From positions 54,779 through 118,778 of the forward strand of contig JAKRSD010000022.1 in NCBI GenBank assembly GCA_022402535.1: a stretch of 64,000 bases of DNA, in the 5' to 3' direction. The notes below the pieces were generated by a model. The model was not told the origin of the DNA, did not search any database, and saw nothing but the letters and a program-made list of their open reading frames with translations. Origin of the DNA: Flavobacteriales bacterium. Its GTDB lineage: Bacteria; Bacteroidota; Bacteroidia; CAIKAF01. The position numbers were made by a program, and so were the translations under genes. Shown in pieces: positions 26,589-36,477 of the stretch. Positions within the stretch are counted from its first letter, which is position 1. Each line of letters begins with the position of its first letter.

Positions 26589-28652
26589 TTACCAGATTAC
26601 AACCCGGTCTTCTTCTTTCAGAATCATTCCCGTTCCGCCTTTGTGGCCCCAGGCATTTTCAAATTCTTTCATGTGCGAAAGGGTGGCGTTTATCCGCCAG
26701 CGGGCGGGGCTGTGCGGGTCGGTTTCTACCTGGTTGCGCAGGGCTTCGTCGGTAATGTTCATACGCCATACCTGTGCCCAACCCAGAAAGAAACGCTGCT
26801 TCCAGTTCAATCCGTCAATCAGGGGCGGTTCGGGTTTGCCTTTCAGCGATTTTTCCAAAGCATAATACGCTAAAGTCAATCCGCCTAAATCGGCAATGTT
26901 TTCGCCTATGGTCAGTCCGCCTTTGATGTTTACGCCGGGCATGGCTTCAATTTTATCAAAATAGGCAATATATCTTCCGGCCAGCGCCATAAAGTTGGCC
27001 CGGTCTTCATCGGTCCACCAGTTTACCAGATTTCCTTCGGCATCAAACTGCGAACCCTGATCGTCGAATCCGTGGGTAAGTTCGTGCCCGATTACGGCCA
27101 TTATGCCTCCGTAATTGATGGCATCATCGGCATGGGGGTTAAAGAACGGCGGCTGTAAAATGCCCGCAGGGAAAACCACTTCGTTAAACAATGGATTGTA
27201 GTAGGCATTCACGGTCTGCGGAGTCATTCCCCATTCTTCTTTGTCTACCGGTTTACCGATTTTAGACACATTGTCTTCGTGTAGCCAGATATTCATGTTG
27301 ATGACATTCTGCACCAGATTCACAGGCGAAATGTCCACTTTGGAATAATCTTTCCACTTATCGGGGAACCCGATTTTATAGGTGAACGATTTAAGTTTTT
27401 CCTGGGCTTTCTTTTTGGTTTCATCGCTCATCCAAGGCAGGGCGGCAATACGTTCTCCGTATACGGCACGTACGTTTTCAATCATTTCTTCCACTTGTTT
27501 TCTGGATGACTTGGGGAAATAACGCTCGGCATAGATTTTACCCAACGGTTCGCCCACGGTGGCATTGGTGGTACGGAGGGCTCTTTCGTCGCGTTTACGC
27601 TGGGTTTTTACGCCACGCATCACCGTACTGAAAAAACGGAAGTTTTCTTCGTCGATGGCCTTGTTCAGGTTGCCTGCCATTGCACTCAGCAGCTTCCATT
27701 TAAACCACAATTTCAGCGTGTTTAAATCGGTAGAAGCCATGTAATTGGCGGCATCTTTCAAGTATTTCGGACTTTCCAGAATGATGGTGTCCGATTGGAT
27801 TCCTTGGGCGGAGGCAAAGTTTTTAAAGTTGAATTTGGGACTCAGATTAGTCAATTCCGAAAAGGCCATTTTGTTATACGTTTTTACGGGGTCGCGGCGC
27901 TCAATATTGGTAAGCTGGAGTTTGGCCAATCCTGTTTCAAATTTGAGCAGGGCTTCGCCCGGTTTATCGGCTTTAATTCCCGCCAGTTCAAACATGTTGT
28001 TCACATGGTTCACAAATTCATTGCGGATGTTCACCATGTTTTCGTCTGTTTTTTCGTAGTAGCTGCGTTCACCCAAACTTAATCCCGACTGAAAACCGTA
28101 CAGGGCATTCATTTTGCTGTTACGGGCATCGGCGTACACATAAAATCCGGCAAACTGTTCAATACCGAACCGTTGGAAATCGCCCGCCAGTGTGGCATAA
28201 TCATCCATATTGGCGATTTTGTCAATTTTCTCCATATACGGATTCAGGGGAGTAGCGCCTAATTTTTCAATGTTTACGGTATCGGTAAACGAACGATAAA
28301 AATCAGCAATCAACTGTTCGTCGCTGCCTTTTTTCAGTTCGGTTTTGTTCATCACTTCTTCAATGATGCCTTTGATTTTTACTTCCAGATTTTCTTTATC
28401 CAAAATGCTGAAAGCGCCCCATTTGGATTCAGTGCCGGGAATGGGATTATTTTTTTTCCAGTTGCCGTTGGCATAACTGTCAAAATCGTCGCACGGGTTT
28501 ACCGTGCTGTCTATGGCCGACATATCGAATGCCGGAACTTTTTCTGCATCGCTCATGGCTTTGTCTTTAGGTTTACAGGATGAAAGGCCCATAATGGCCG
28601 CAACAATTACCGAACAGGTGCCGGCAGTTATTATTTTTTGTGTCTTTTTCAT
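26589..28652 (-). CDS. M13 family (neprilysin/PepO) metallopeptidase, lipoprotein
   Basis: Lipobox LSSC; VNAYY, GHELTHGFD (HExxH), GENIADLGG, DPHSP. Confidence 0.95.
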   Translation of the reverse strand: MKKTQKIITAGTCSVIVAAIMGLSSCKPKDKAMSDAEKVPAFDMSAIDSTVNPCDDFDSYANGNWKKNNPIPGTESKWGAFSILDKENLEVKIKGIIEEVMNKTELKKGSDEQLIADFYRSFTDTVNIEKLGATPLNPYMEKIDKIANMDDYATLAGDFQRFGIEQFAGFYVYADARNSKMNALYGFQSGLSLGERSYYEKTDENMVNIRNEFVNHVNNMFELAGIKADKPGEALLKFETGLAKLQLTNIERRDPVKTYNKMAFSELTNLSPKFNFKNFASAQGIQSDTIILESPKYLKDAANYMASTDLNTLKLWFKWKLLSAMAGNLNKAIDEENFRFFSTVMRGVKTQRKRDERALRTTNATVGEPLGKIYAERYFPKSSRKQVEEMIENVRAVYGERIAALPWMSDETKKKAQEKLKSFTYKIGFPDKWKDYSKVDISPVNLVQNVINMNIWLHEDNVSKIGKPVDKEEWGMTPQTVNAYYNPLFNEVVFPAGILQPPFFNPHADDAINYGGIMAVIGHELTHGFDDQGSQFDAEGNLVNWWTDEDRANFMALAGRYIAYFDKIEAMPGVNIKGGLTIGENIADLGGLTLAYYALEKSLKGKPEPPLIDGLNWKQRFFLGWAQVWRMNITDEALRNQVETDPHSPARWRINATLSHMKEFENAWGHKGGTGMILKEEDRVVIW

Positions 28653-28691
28653 ATTGAATTGAAAATGCTTTTACTCGTTGTTATGCTTACA

Positions 28692-29642
28692 TTATTTTAG
28701 TCCGATTTCGCGAAGGCGTTCATCTAAATATTCGCCCGCCGAAATGGGTTCATACTGCACCGGATTTTCATCGGTAATGCAGCTTGAAAGGCAATCCAGA
28801 CGCATTTCGCTGCGCGGATGCAGAAAAAACGGAATGGAATAACGGCTGCTTCCCCATTGTTCGCGCGGAGGATTCACCACGCGGTGGGTAGTGCTTCGCA
28901 AACGGTTATTGGTGAGCCGCTGAAGCATATCGCCCACATTCACCACCACCTGCTCGGGCAGGGCGGTTACAGCTACCCATTCTCCTTTTTTATTCAGAAT
29001 TTCCAGTCCGTCGGCGCTGGCTCCCATCAACAGGGTAATGAGGTTGATGTCCTCGTGGGCTCCTGCTCTTACTGCATTTTTAGGTTCTGAAGTGATAGGC
29101 CCGTAATGAATGGGACGCAGTATGCTGTTTCCGTTGTGGATTTTATCATCAAAATAATTTTCATCTAACCCCAAAAACAGGGCAATGGCTCTGAGCATTT
29201 CGCGCCCGGCTGATTCCAGTTTTCGGTAGGCTTCCAGACCGTATTGGTTAAACTCAGGCACCTCATCGCAAAAGATATTGTCGGGATATTCGGATTTTAT
29301 GGAATCACCGTCGGTAACTTCCTGCCCGAAATGCCAGAACTCTTTTAAATCGGCCACTTCGCTGTCTTTGGCTTTTTCGCGTCCAAAGCTGGTGTATCCG
29401 CGCTGCCCGGCAAGCGCTTTGTCTTCGTATTTGAGTTTGATGTCGGTAGGCAGTTCGAAAAACGCCTTAACCGAGGCATATAATTTATCGCGCAGTTCAT
29501 CGCTTAATCCGTGATTTTTCACGGCTACAAAACCTACTTCTTCGTAGGCTTTACCAAGTTCCTGAACGAATTTGGCTTTTTGCTCGGCGCTGCCCCGGAT
29601 AAAATCATTCAGGTCCACGGCAGGAATACTGGATAGTGACAT
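28692..29642 (-). CDS. 2-oxoglutarate/Fe(II) oxygenase, isopenicillin N synthase family
   Basis: DIOX_N (GFVAVKNHG), HxD in AHEDINLITLL, STTHRVVNP, RYSIPFF. Confidence 0.92.
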   Translation of the reverse strand: MSLSSIPAVDLNDFIRGSAEQKAKFVQELGKAYEEVGFVAVKNHGLSDELRDKLYASVKAFFELPTDIKLKYEDKALAGQRGYTSFGREKAKDSEVADLKEFWHFGQEVTDGDSIKSEYPDNIFCDEVPEFNQYGLEAYRKLESAGREMLRAIALFLGLDENYFDDKIHNGNSILRPIHYGPITSEPKNAVRAGAHEDINLITLLMGASADGLEILNKKGEWVAVTALPEQVVVNVGDMLQRLTNNRLRSTTHRVVNPPREQWGSSRYSIPFFLHPRSEMRLDCLSSCITDENPVQYEPISAGEYLDERLREIGLK

Positions 29643-29699
29643 ATTTTATAATTCAGTTTTATACATGATTGTGCTTTGATAAGAGTAAAACCCTTCGGA

Positions 29700-29747
29700 C
29701 AAAAGTATGATTTACGCCGAAACATTACCTTACAATATTTACTTTTG
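29700..29747. promoter_or_regulatory. Divergent sigmaA -7 elements
   Basis: TACTTTTG on the minus strand (29700-29707) and on the plus strand (29740-29747). Confidence 0.6.
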
Positions 29748-29752
29748 TGCAA

Positions 29753-30307
29753 ATGGGATACTGGGCACCCTGGCGGGTAAAATGGGCGTTGTTTAATGTA
29801 AAGCAATCCGGAAGGACTGCTAAAAAAGCCATGAGCATTTCCCGAGCACAGCGTATCGGAATTGTATATGATGCCACCGATCGTGAAGCCGCCGAAATTG
29901 TGAAGGAATGGGTAGGAGAGCTTCGTACGATGCAAAAAGAAGTGAACTCATTGGGTTTCGTAAATGTGAAATACGAAGAGGAAATCCCCAAATCAAAACT
30001 GAGCATGGATTTTTTCGGATTGAAACACATCAACTTTTCACTGAAACCTACTGATCCCATTGTGATTAATTTTGAAGAAGAACCTTTTGATTTACTGTTT
30101 GATTTGAATATAGATGCCAACCCGGTGTTATTGAACATCGTTTCAAAAAGTAAGGCCGGTTTTATCGTGGGAGGAGCAGGTAAAGGCAAAGAATTGAGGG
30201 ATTTATACTTTGAGATTAAGGCATCTGATACCGAATCGAGGGACGCCAAGCTGAAAAAGCTGCAGGATTTGATACAAAACATAAAAAAATACACAACTAA
30301 AATATAA
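29753..30307 (+). CDS. Hypothetical protein (DUF6913-like) upstream of dapA
   Basis: RIGIVYDA...FDLLFDLN...SKAGFIVG pattern; 1-nt gap to dapA. Confidence 0.7.
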   Translation: MGYWAPWRVKWALFNVKQSGRTAKKAMSISRAQRIGIVYDATDREAAEIVKEWVGELRTMQKEVNSLGFVNVKYEEEIPKSKLSMDFFGLKHINFSLKPTDPIVINFEEEPFDLLFDLNIDANPVLLNIVSKSKAGFIVGGAGKGKELRDLYFEIKASDTESRDAKLKKLQDLIQNIKKYTTKI

Positions 30308-30308
30308 T

Positions 30309-31190
30309 ATGAACACACTGAAAGGAACGGGAATTGCCATAGTTACTCCGTTTAATGTGGATGGTACCATTGATTTTAACACCTTAGAACGGCTGATTAA
30401 TTACTGGATAGAAGGTGGGGTGGAATACCTAGTGGTGATGGGTACCACAGGCGAAAGCGTTACGTTGGAAAAGGAAGAAAAAATAGCGCTTTATGATTTC
30501 TGTGCCGAAAAAATAGCCGGTCGGGTTCCGCTGGTTATCGGTATAGGCGGAAATTATACCGATGCGGTAATCCGCAATTTCAGTTTGTTTGATTTGTCAA
30601 AAGCGCAGGCAATATTGTCTGTTTCGCCGTATTATAACAAACCCAATGCCCAGGGAGTGTATGCCCATTTTGAAGCCATTGCCCGCAAAAGTCCTTTGCC
30701 CGTGATTCTGTATAATGTGCCCGGGCGCACGGGCAGCAATATGAGTGCAGATACCACACTAAAGCTGGCCAAAGACTTTTCCAATATTGTCGCCGTGAAG
30801 GAAGCTTCAGGTAATATGGAACAAATTTCACAAATCATAAACCAACGCCATTCGGATGATTTTTTGGTGATTTCGGGAGATGATAACTTAACACTGCCCA
30901 TTTTGGCCAGCGGAGGCGATGGGGTGATTTCTGTAGTGGCCAATGCCTATCCCGCCAAATTTTCGGATATGGTAAGGCTTTGCCTGAAAGGGGATTATGC
31001 TTCCGCCAGAGTATTGCATTATGAATTGTTTGAATTTACCCGTTTATTATTTGCCGATGGCAGTCCGGGAGGAATAAAAACGGCGCTGCATGAAATGGGC
31101 TTTGGAGCGGATGAAGTACGAATGCCGTTGGCAAAACCTTCAGTGGCCGTAGCGGAAGCCATCCGTTCTTTTGTAAGAAAATCAGCCTAA
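30309..31190 (+). CDS. dapA: 4-hydroxy-tetrahydrodipicolinate synthase
   Basis: GTTGES, SPYYNKP, LYNVPGRTG, Schiff-base Lys in AVKEASG, ISGDD. Confidence 0.96.
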   Translation: MNTLKGTGIAIVTPFNVDGTIDFNTLERLINYWIEGGVEYLVVMGTTGESVTLEKEEKIALYDFCAEKIAGRVPLVIGIGGNYTDAVIRNFSLFDLSKAQAILSVSPYYNKPNAQGVYAHFEAIARKSPLPVILYNVPGRTGSNMSADTTLKLAKDFSNIVAVKEASGNMEQISQIINQRHSDDFLVISGDDNLTLPILASGGDGVISVVANAYPAKFSDMVRLCLKGDYASARVLHYELFEFTRLLFADGSPGGIKTALHEMGFGADEVRMPLAKPSVAVAEAIRSFVRKSA

Positions 31191-31201
31191 ACGTTTAAGG
31201 A

Positions 31202-31819
31202 ATGAAGTTCATACGCAAATATCGGGTTCCTTTGGTAATACTGATTTTGCTGTTGGCTTTATATTTTGCCAGGGTGCCCATTCTTCGTTCTTTGTATGGC
31301 TTTTTGAATGTAACCCATGAACCCGAACGAGTATATGATTACGGATTGGTATTAGGAGGTGAAGCTTTGGACAGACCTGCTGCAGCGGCTGAATGGTATC
31401 AAAAAGGAAAGGTAAAAAAGATAATCTGTACGGGCGGACAAGTTCCCAGACCGCTTGCGGCCATGAATATTATGGTAACAGAAGCGGAAACAGCATTTAA
31501 TCGTCTACTTACCCTGGGTGTGCCCGAAGAAGATATTATTGTAATTACGGAAGCTACATCCACCCGCGAAGAAGCCGATGCGGTTAATAATTATATCGCC
31601 TCAGCGGGTGGAAATTCCCTCCTGATTATAACCACGCAAACGCATAGCCGAAGGGCTAGGGCTGTTTTCAGGGAATATGCAACTCATATAGAAATCATTG
31701 ATGCTTGGGGTGTTTCACCAACACATTATGAGGCCCGTTATTGGTGGAAAAGTGAACATGGTTTTTTGGCTGTTTTTGAAGAATATGTGAAAACGGTGTA
31801 TTATTGGGTGGCCTACTGA
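31202..31819 (+). CDS. YdcF/ElyC-like DUF218 protein
   Basis: N-terminal TM, LVLGG, IICTGG, ATSTREEA, TQTHSRRA. Confidence 0.85.
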   Translation: MKFIRKYRVPLVILILLLALYFARVPILRSLYGFLNVTHEPERVYDYGLVLGGEALDRPAAAAEWYQKGKVKKIICTGGQVPRPLAAMNIMVTEAETAFNRLLTLGVPEEDIIVITEATSTREEADAVNNYIASAGGNSLLIITTQTHSRRARAVFREYATHIEIIDAWGVSPTHYEARYWWKSEHGFLAVFEEYVKTVYYWVAY

Positions 31820-31825
31820 TTTTCA

Positions 31826-31860
31826 TTAGTAGTTAGTATTTAGTATTAGGTATTGAGATA
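31826..31860 (+). repeat. Degenerate heptamer tandem repeat
   Basis: TTAGTAG TTAGTAT TTAGTAT TAGGTAT TGAGATA. Confidence 0.6.
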
Positions 31861-31919
31861 GATATTCATTGAGGTAAGAAATTTTAAAGCTCAATTAAAA
31901 AAAACGGAATACATTTTAC

Positions 31920-32249
31920 ATGAAAAAGAATAAAAATACATCCGGTGGATTAATATATAGTACAAATCCGGGGTTTCGGCCTGAGGATGAAGAGGAAGAA
32001 TTGGAGACATTGCCTCCGGAAAAACAGGTGCTGAGAGTCGTTATTGACCGAAAAAACCGGGGGGGTAAAGAAGTGACGCTGATAACAGGCTTTCAGGGGA
32101 CACAGGACGACTTGGAGAAATTGGCTAAACTGTTGAAAAACAAATGTGGCGCGGGAGGTAGTGCCAAAGATGGAGAAATCATCATACAGGGCGATAAGCA
32201 AAAAGTCATTCTATCAATTCTTACCGAATTAAAGTATAGAATAAAGTGA
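31920..32249 (+). CDS. Translation initiation factor SUI1/YciH family
   Basis: LIYSTNP, RKNRGGKEVT, LKNKCGAGGSAKDGEIIIQGD. Confidence 0.92.
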   Translation: MKKNKNTSGGLIYSTNPGFRPEDEEEELETLPPEKQVLRVVIDRKNRGGKEVTLITGFQGTQDDLEKLAKLLKNKCGAGGSAKDGEIIIQGDKQKVILSILTELKYRIK

Positions 32250-32343
32250 AATTACTTTTTGGTGAATTAAAAACCGCTTTTCGTAAAATTATAGACTAGG
32301 TGGCTTTCGGCTATGGTAATTTTGATTTATAAATCAATTTTAC

Positions 32344-32619
32344 ATGAAAAGAATTCTTGCCCTGGTAATTTGTGTGGTTCCCATCCTCACCTATGGCCAA
32401 CGTTCAACGGACTCAAGAGTGAGTGCCGAAATCTCAAAATCAACCCATACGGTTAACGAAGTGAAACTCGATTTGAAATCGTATGTAGATCAAAACCAAA
32501 AAGTGGAAATTCATGCTGCAAGAGTTGCGGGTATGAATGAAAATGACAGACGTTATATTCTGGCGCATCCGGATGTGTTTGTTATTGTAGGAAAAGAAGA
32601 AGAAGGAGGTGTGAAATGA
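32344..32619 (+). CDS. Small exported hypothetical protein
   Basis: Signal peptide (..LTYG-Q); ATGA overlap with the downstream T9SS cargo gene. Confidence 0.65.
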   Translation: MKRILALVICVVPILTYGQRSTDSRVSAEISKSTHTVNEVKLDLKSYVDQNQKVEIHAARVAGMNENDRRYILAHPDVFVIVGKEEEGGVK

Positions 32620-34808
32620 GAAAAACATTTTTGACCCTTCTTTCAGCCGGTGCAATGTTTTTAGCCAATGCTGATCTTAATGCGCAGTGTGTTTTATTCA
32701 GTGAAAATTTCGAAAACTCACTCGGCCAGTTTTCAGTTACAGCCTCATCAAATGGTTCATGGATTTTTACAAATAGTTGTTTGCAAAGTGGGCAACCGGG
32801 ACATTCCGGACCGGGTTCAGCACTCTTCAGCGGTGCCGGGTGTCAATTCGGAAATGGAGGTTCTGCAGTCTCAGGACACATAACGTCACCGGCTATAGCA
32901 ATTCCTGCTACCGGTTCCTATGTGTTGAGTTTTAATTATTTTATAAATAATGAATGTGGAGCCAATATGCAAAGTTGTAATTATGATGTGTTATCTGTGC
33001 AGATATCTGCTGATGGGGTTACTTACTTTAACTTGGCTTCCAGTAATATTTCAGGCGAATTGCCCATGCAGGGGGTATGGAACAGTAAATCAATTGATCT
33101 TTCGCCTTATGCCGGTTTAACCGGATTCTTACGCTTTAGTTTCAACTCGTTAGATGGTGCTGCCAATGCTATGGACGGGATTTATGTAGATGACGTAATC
33201 GTATCTAAAGTAACTCCGGGTCCTGTAAACACAATCAGTGGACCGTCTTTCTTCTGCGAAGGAAGCTCATTTACACTTACTTCTTCATCCGCTTCTAATA
33301 ATCTTTGGTCAACCGGGGCTACCACACAATCCATTACGGTTTCCGTAGGCGGCACTTATTCCTTGCAGACTTCGGAAGGTATCGGTTGCATTTCTGCCGG
33401 TACAAGTTCTAAAATTGTTATAGCGAATCCGCTTTCTGAAGCGGTGAATCCTGTTGACACAACAATTTGTAAAGGGGCAACTGTCTCTTTAACGGCGTCG
33501 AATGCTGGTTCAGTAGCCGGTCGTTATCAGTGGTTTGATGATCTAATGAGCATTACTCCTGTTCATACAGGTCAGACTTTGCCATCACAGCAATATAATA
33601 CCAATACTACGTGGTATGTGGAGTTTTTGGACAGTATTCAGCCTGGTACAGAAATATATTATTTGCGTTCAAGCTCCGGTGAGCCTTGGGGAGTGCAGGA
33701 TAATGTAAACGCCATGAACACGGCTTTTGGTTCGGGTAACTGGACTTTAGAGTTTTTTCAGACCGTTAATGTTTTGGATATGTTGGACGATGCCGGATTT
33801 ATTTTCTTAGATGGTAGTGAATTAGGTGCAAATGCATTGAATGCATTTCTTGCTACTAATATTGCAGTTCTTGAAAATTGGGTTAATAGTGGTGGAAAAT
33901 TATTTATTAATTCGGCTCCCAATGAAGGAGGAAATATTGACTTTGGATTTGGAGGTTCTACGCTTGTTTATTCTTATTTTTCACCTATTGTTACTTCAAA
34001 TATTCCGTCACATCCTATTTTTAATACCCCATCTGTAACTGGTACAAGTTTTTCAGGGAATGATTTCGGACATGCTCATGTTACAGGAAGTGGTTTCACC
34101 AAGTTAATTGTTGATGCTGCAGATACTACTATAATGTTATTGGGTATCAAAAATTTTGGATTAGGTAAAGTGATGATGGGAGGTATGACACAACCTAATT
34201 ATCACAATCCTCAGCCACAGGCGTATAATCTGCGCTCCAATATGCTATCCTATATGAATTCAATATTGCCATTACCCGGAATTAGCGATTGTCCTGCACC
34301 CCGGGCTGTTTATCAGGTTAATGTAACGCCCAATGTTTCCTATAATCAATCACAGACTTCTTGTCTGCAGGCGGGAGCCATTCCGCTTCAGGGGGGGACT
34401 CCAGCAGGTGGGGTATACACGATTTCGGGAGTATCGGTAACGGAACTCAATCCTACAGTTACCGGTGTGGGTAATATTACGGTTACATACACATTCACGG
34501 ATGGAAATGGATGTTCTGACGCTGCCAATTCCGTAATCAGCATTGTGGATTGTGCCAATATAAACGAATCGGTTGCAGGCAGTCTTTCGGTTTATCCGAA
34601 CCCAACAACCGGTTTACTGAATATTGAGGCTACAGGCGGTTTGGTTAGCGAAGTGGAAGTGATTTCGATTACCGGTAAAGTTATTTACTCTGCGAATGTA
34701 AATTCTTCTGCCGCACAAGTAAATATGAGCCACCTGAGCAAAGGGGTTTATATGGTACGTGTAAAACAACCCACAGGAAATTCTGTACACAGGATTATTC
34801 TTCAGTAA
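32616..34808 (+). CDS. T9SS type-A cargo protein (adhesin-like jelly-roll, Ig-like, GATase-like insert)
   Basis: Signal peptide; FSENFE...ITSPAI...GIYVDDV domain; C-terminal VYPNPTTG...GVYMVRV...HRIILQ. Confidence 0.88.
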   Translation: MRKTFLTLLSAGAMFLANADLNAQCVLFSENFENSLGQFSVTASSNGSWIFTNSCLQSGQPGHSGPGSALFSGAGCQFGNGGSAVSGHITSPAIAIPATGSYVLSFNYFINNECGANMQSCNYDVLSVQISADGVTYFNLASSNISGELPMQGVWNSKSIDLSPYAGLTGFLRFSFNSLDGAANAMDGIYVDDVIVSKVTPGPVNTISGPSFFCEGSSFTLTSSSASNNLWSTGATTQSITVSVGGTYSLQTSEGIGCISAGTSSKIVIANPLSEAVNPVDTTICKGATVSLTASNAGSVAGRYQWFDDLMSITPVHTGQTLPSQQYNTNTTWYVEFLDSIQPGTEIYYLRSSSGEPWGVQDNVNAMNTAFGSGNWTLEFFQTVNVLDMLDDAGFIFLDGSELGANALNAFLATNIAVLENWVNSGGKLFINSAPNEGGNIDFGFGGSTLVYSYFSPIVTSNIPSHPIFNTPSVTGTSFSGNDFGHAHVTGSGFTKLIVDAADTTIMLLGIKNFGLGKVMMGGMTQPNYHNPQPQAYNLRSNMLSYMNSILPLPGISDCPAPRAVYQVNVTPNVSYNQSQTSCLQAGAIPLQGGTPAGGVYTISGVSVTELNPTVTGVGNITVTYTFTDGNGCSDAANSVISIVDCANINESVAGSLSVYPNPTTGLLNIEATGGLVSEVEVISITGKVIYSANVNSSAAQVNMSHLSKGVYMVRVKQPTGNSVHRIILQ

Positions 34809-34830
34809 TCATTAATTGATTTTTCTTCAT

Positions 34831-34863
34831 AAAAAATCCCCGTAAGTATCTTACGGGGATTTT
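34831..34863. terminator. Terminator between convergent genes
   Basis: AAAATCCCCGTAAG-tat-CTTACGGGGATTTT. Confidence 0.85.
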
Positions 34864-34885
34864 GGTTTTCAGGGGGAGGGGGAAC

Positions 34886-35590
34886 TTATTCTGGTTTTAC
34901 GTTAAGTCTGTATTCAAACTTATCGGTGAGGGATAAATTTTGAATGATTACACCAAACATGGACACCCCTGATGTATGACTTACTACAAATTCTTTCTTT
35001 TGCTCATTTGGTTCTATCGTAATTGAGCCCAGCGGACTACTTTGATTGTTATTTTGAAATGCACGTACTGTTGCACGGGCGCTTCCGCTGATACGGGTTA
35101 CGATTATGCGATATTTGCCTGTACAGGAAATGTTTGTGCTAAATGTTTTTTGAGTGTTCAGGAGTAAGGTTCCGGTTTCAGGTCCTCCCGATCTCATCAG
35201 GGTAGGAAGTATCCCTTCAAATTTTGCAGCATATTCAAATTTATTGCCGACAGATTGATTGATGATATCCACCTTTACTTCTTTGTTTTTGGTGCCTGTG
35301 ATGGTTTTGGTTTTCCAGTCGGTGGTGTAATCTCCGTTATCAAAGGTGATTTTGTCTCTGAGTTGCCCGTCCACATAAATGTTTACAAGCGTTTGCGCTT
35401 TTCCTCCATCTTTCTTTACCATAACGAAGGTTTCTTCGCAGCGTGAGGTGTTTTTTATGGTAACGGGACCTCCACCCATCACAGTACCGGATCGGCTCTC
35501 CATTCTGATTCGGCAGGTTTTTTCGGTTGTGTTCATCTCGAAATTCGTAGAGAACGTAATGCCCATGGCAAGTAAAAATACTTTTGTCAT
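34886..35590 (-). CDS. Hypothetical protein with two internal repeats; start uncertain
   Basis: ATG at 35590 (MTKVFLLAMG..); repeats end IINQSVGNKFEY and IQNLSLTDKFEY. Confidence 0.7.
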   Translation of the reverse strand: MTKVFLLAMGITFSTNFEMNTTEKTCRIRMESRSGTVMGGGPVTIKNTSRCEETFVMVKKDGGKAQTLVNIYVDGQLRDKITFDNGDYTTDWKTKTITGTKNKEVKVDIINQSVGNKFEYAAKFEGILPTLMRSGGPETGTLLLNTQKTFSTNISCTGKYRIIVTRISGSARATVRAFQNNNQSSPLGSITIEPNEQKKEFVVSHTSGVSMFGVIIQNLSLTDKFEYRLNVKPE

Positions 35591-35678
35591 AATGGTAATG
35601 GTATTAGTAATTAATGACACAAAACTATCGGACAAGCAGGGAAGCCTTTTCACCCACTCGGGTGATTTCGTTATGGGC

Positions 35679-35705
35679 AAAAAAAAACCGCCCTAAAGGC
35701 GGTTT
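35679..35705 (-). terminator. Terminator of the DUF4920 gene
   Basis: AAACCGCC-tttag-GGCGG followed by T9 on the minus strand. Confidence 0.8.
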
Positions 35706-35727
35706 AAATATGATATGAAAAATGAAT

Positions 35728-36258
35728 TTACTTAATGATTACGCCTACCGCTTCAAACGAATATTCGGTAACAGGCTCAGTAATGGCGGCAATTTCTTCT
35801 TTAGTTTTTCCTTCATCTTCAGCATAATGACGAAGCGTTTCCACACTGATTAACTCTTTATACGCTTTACCTTCCATAATGGCAGTGTGTCCGTCAGAAT
35901 TTTTAGGAACAAAAAATCCGTAATCTTTAAATGTCACACGCATTTCGGTCCCTTCTAAATCCACAATCATCCAACATCCTTTTTTCTGGCATGCGTGAAG
36001 TATCGGTGCTTTTACTTTCGCCACCACACTGTCGGAAGAACTTAATTGGGTTAACAATTCTTTTCCGGAAATGGCTCCGGTTTCGCTGATTTTTTCACCA
36101 AATTCTCCGGTGGGTTTTTCTTCACCTTCATGACCATGATGGTCTTCTTGATGAGTTGAATTTTCAACGGGGAAATTGAATGTATCTCCCGGGTTGCTGC
36201 ACGAAGAAATTACGAATACGGTAAAAAGTGCTGAGGCAAAAAGTCTTATTTGTTTCAT
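35728..36258 (-). CDS. DUF4920 family lipoprotein
   Basis: Lipobox ISSC; ACQKKGCWM, VTFKDYGFFVP, LRHYAEDEGK. Confidence 0.9.
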   Translation of the reverse strand: MKQIRLFASALFTVFVISSCSNPGDTFNFPVENSTHQEDHHGHEGEEKPTGEFGEKISETGAISGKELLTQLSSSDSVVAKVKAPILHACQKKGCWMIVDLEGTEMRVTFKDYGFFVPKNSDGHTAIMEGKAYKELISVETLRHYAEDEGKTKEEIAAITEPVTEYSFEAVGVIIK

Positions 36259-36310
36259 CAGTTAGAAAATTACGGATGCGAAGGTAAATAATAATCGGAA
36301 AAAGGAGGAC

Positions 36311-36339
36311 AAAAAAAAGAGGTTGTTTTCACAACCTCT

Positions 36340-36340
<1 letters not shown>
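36311..36340 (-). terminator. Terminator after tRNA-His
   Basis: AAGAGGTTGT-GAAA-ACAACCTCTT followed by a T tract on the minus strand. Confidence 0.85.
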
Positions 36341-36417
<77 letters not shown>

Positions 36418-36434
36418 GTTTGTATTCGGGAGTG

Positions 36435-36465
36435 CAAAAGTAATTTGTACCGCCCGAATTTCAAA
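36435..36465 (-). promoter_or_regulatory. sigmaA promoter of tRNA-His
   Basis: TTTG-N19-TACTTTTG on the minus strand, exact consensus. Confidence 0.85.
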
Positions 36466-36477
36466 ATTATTTATCCC

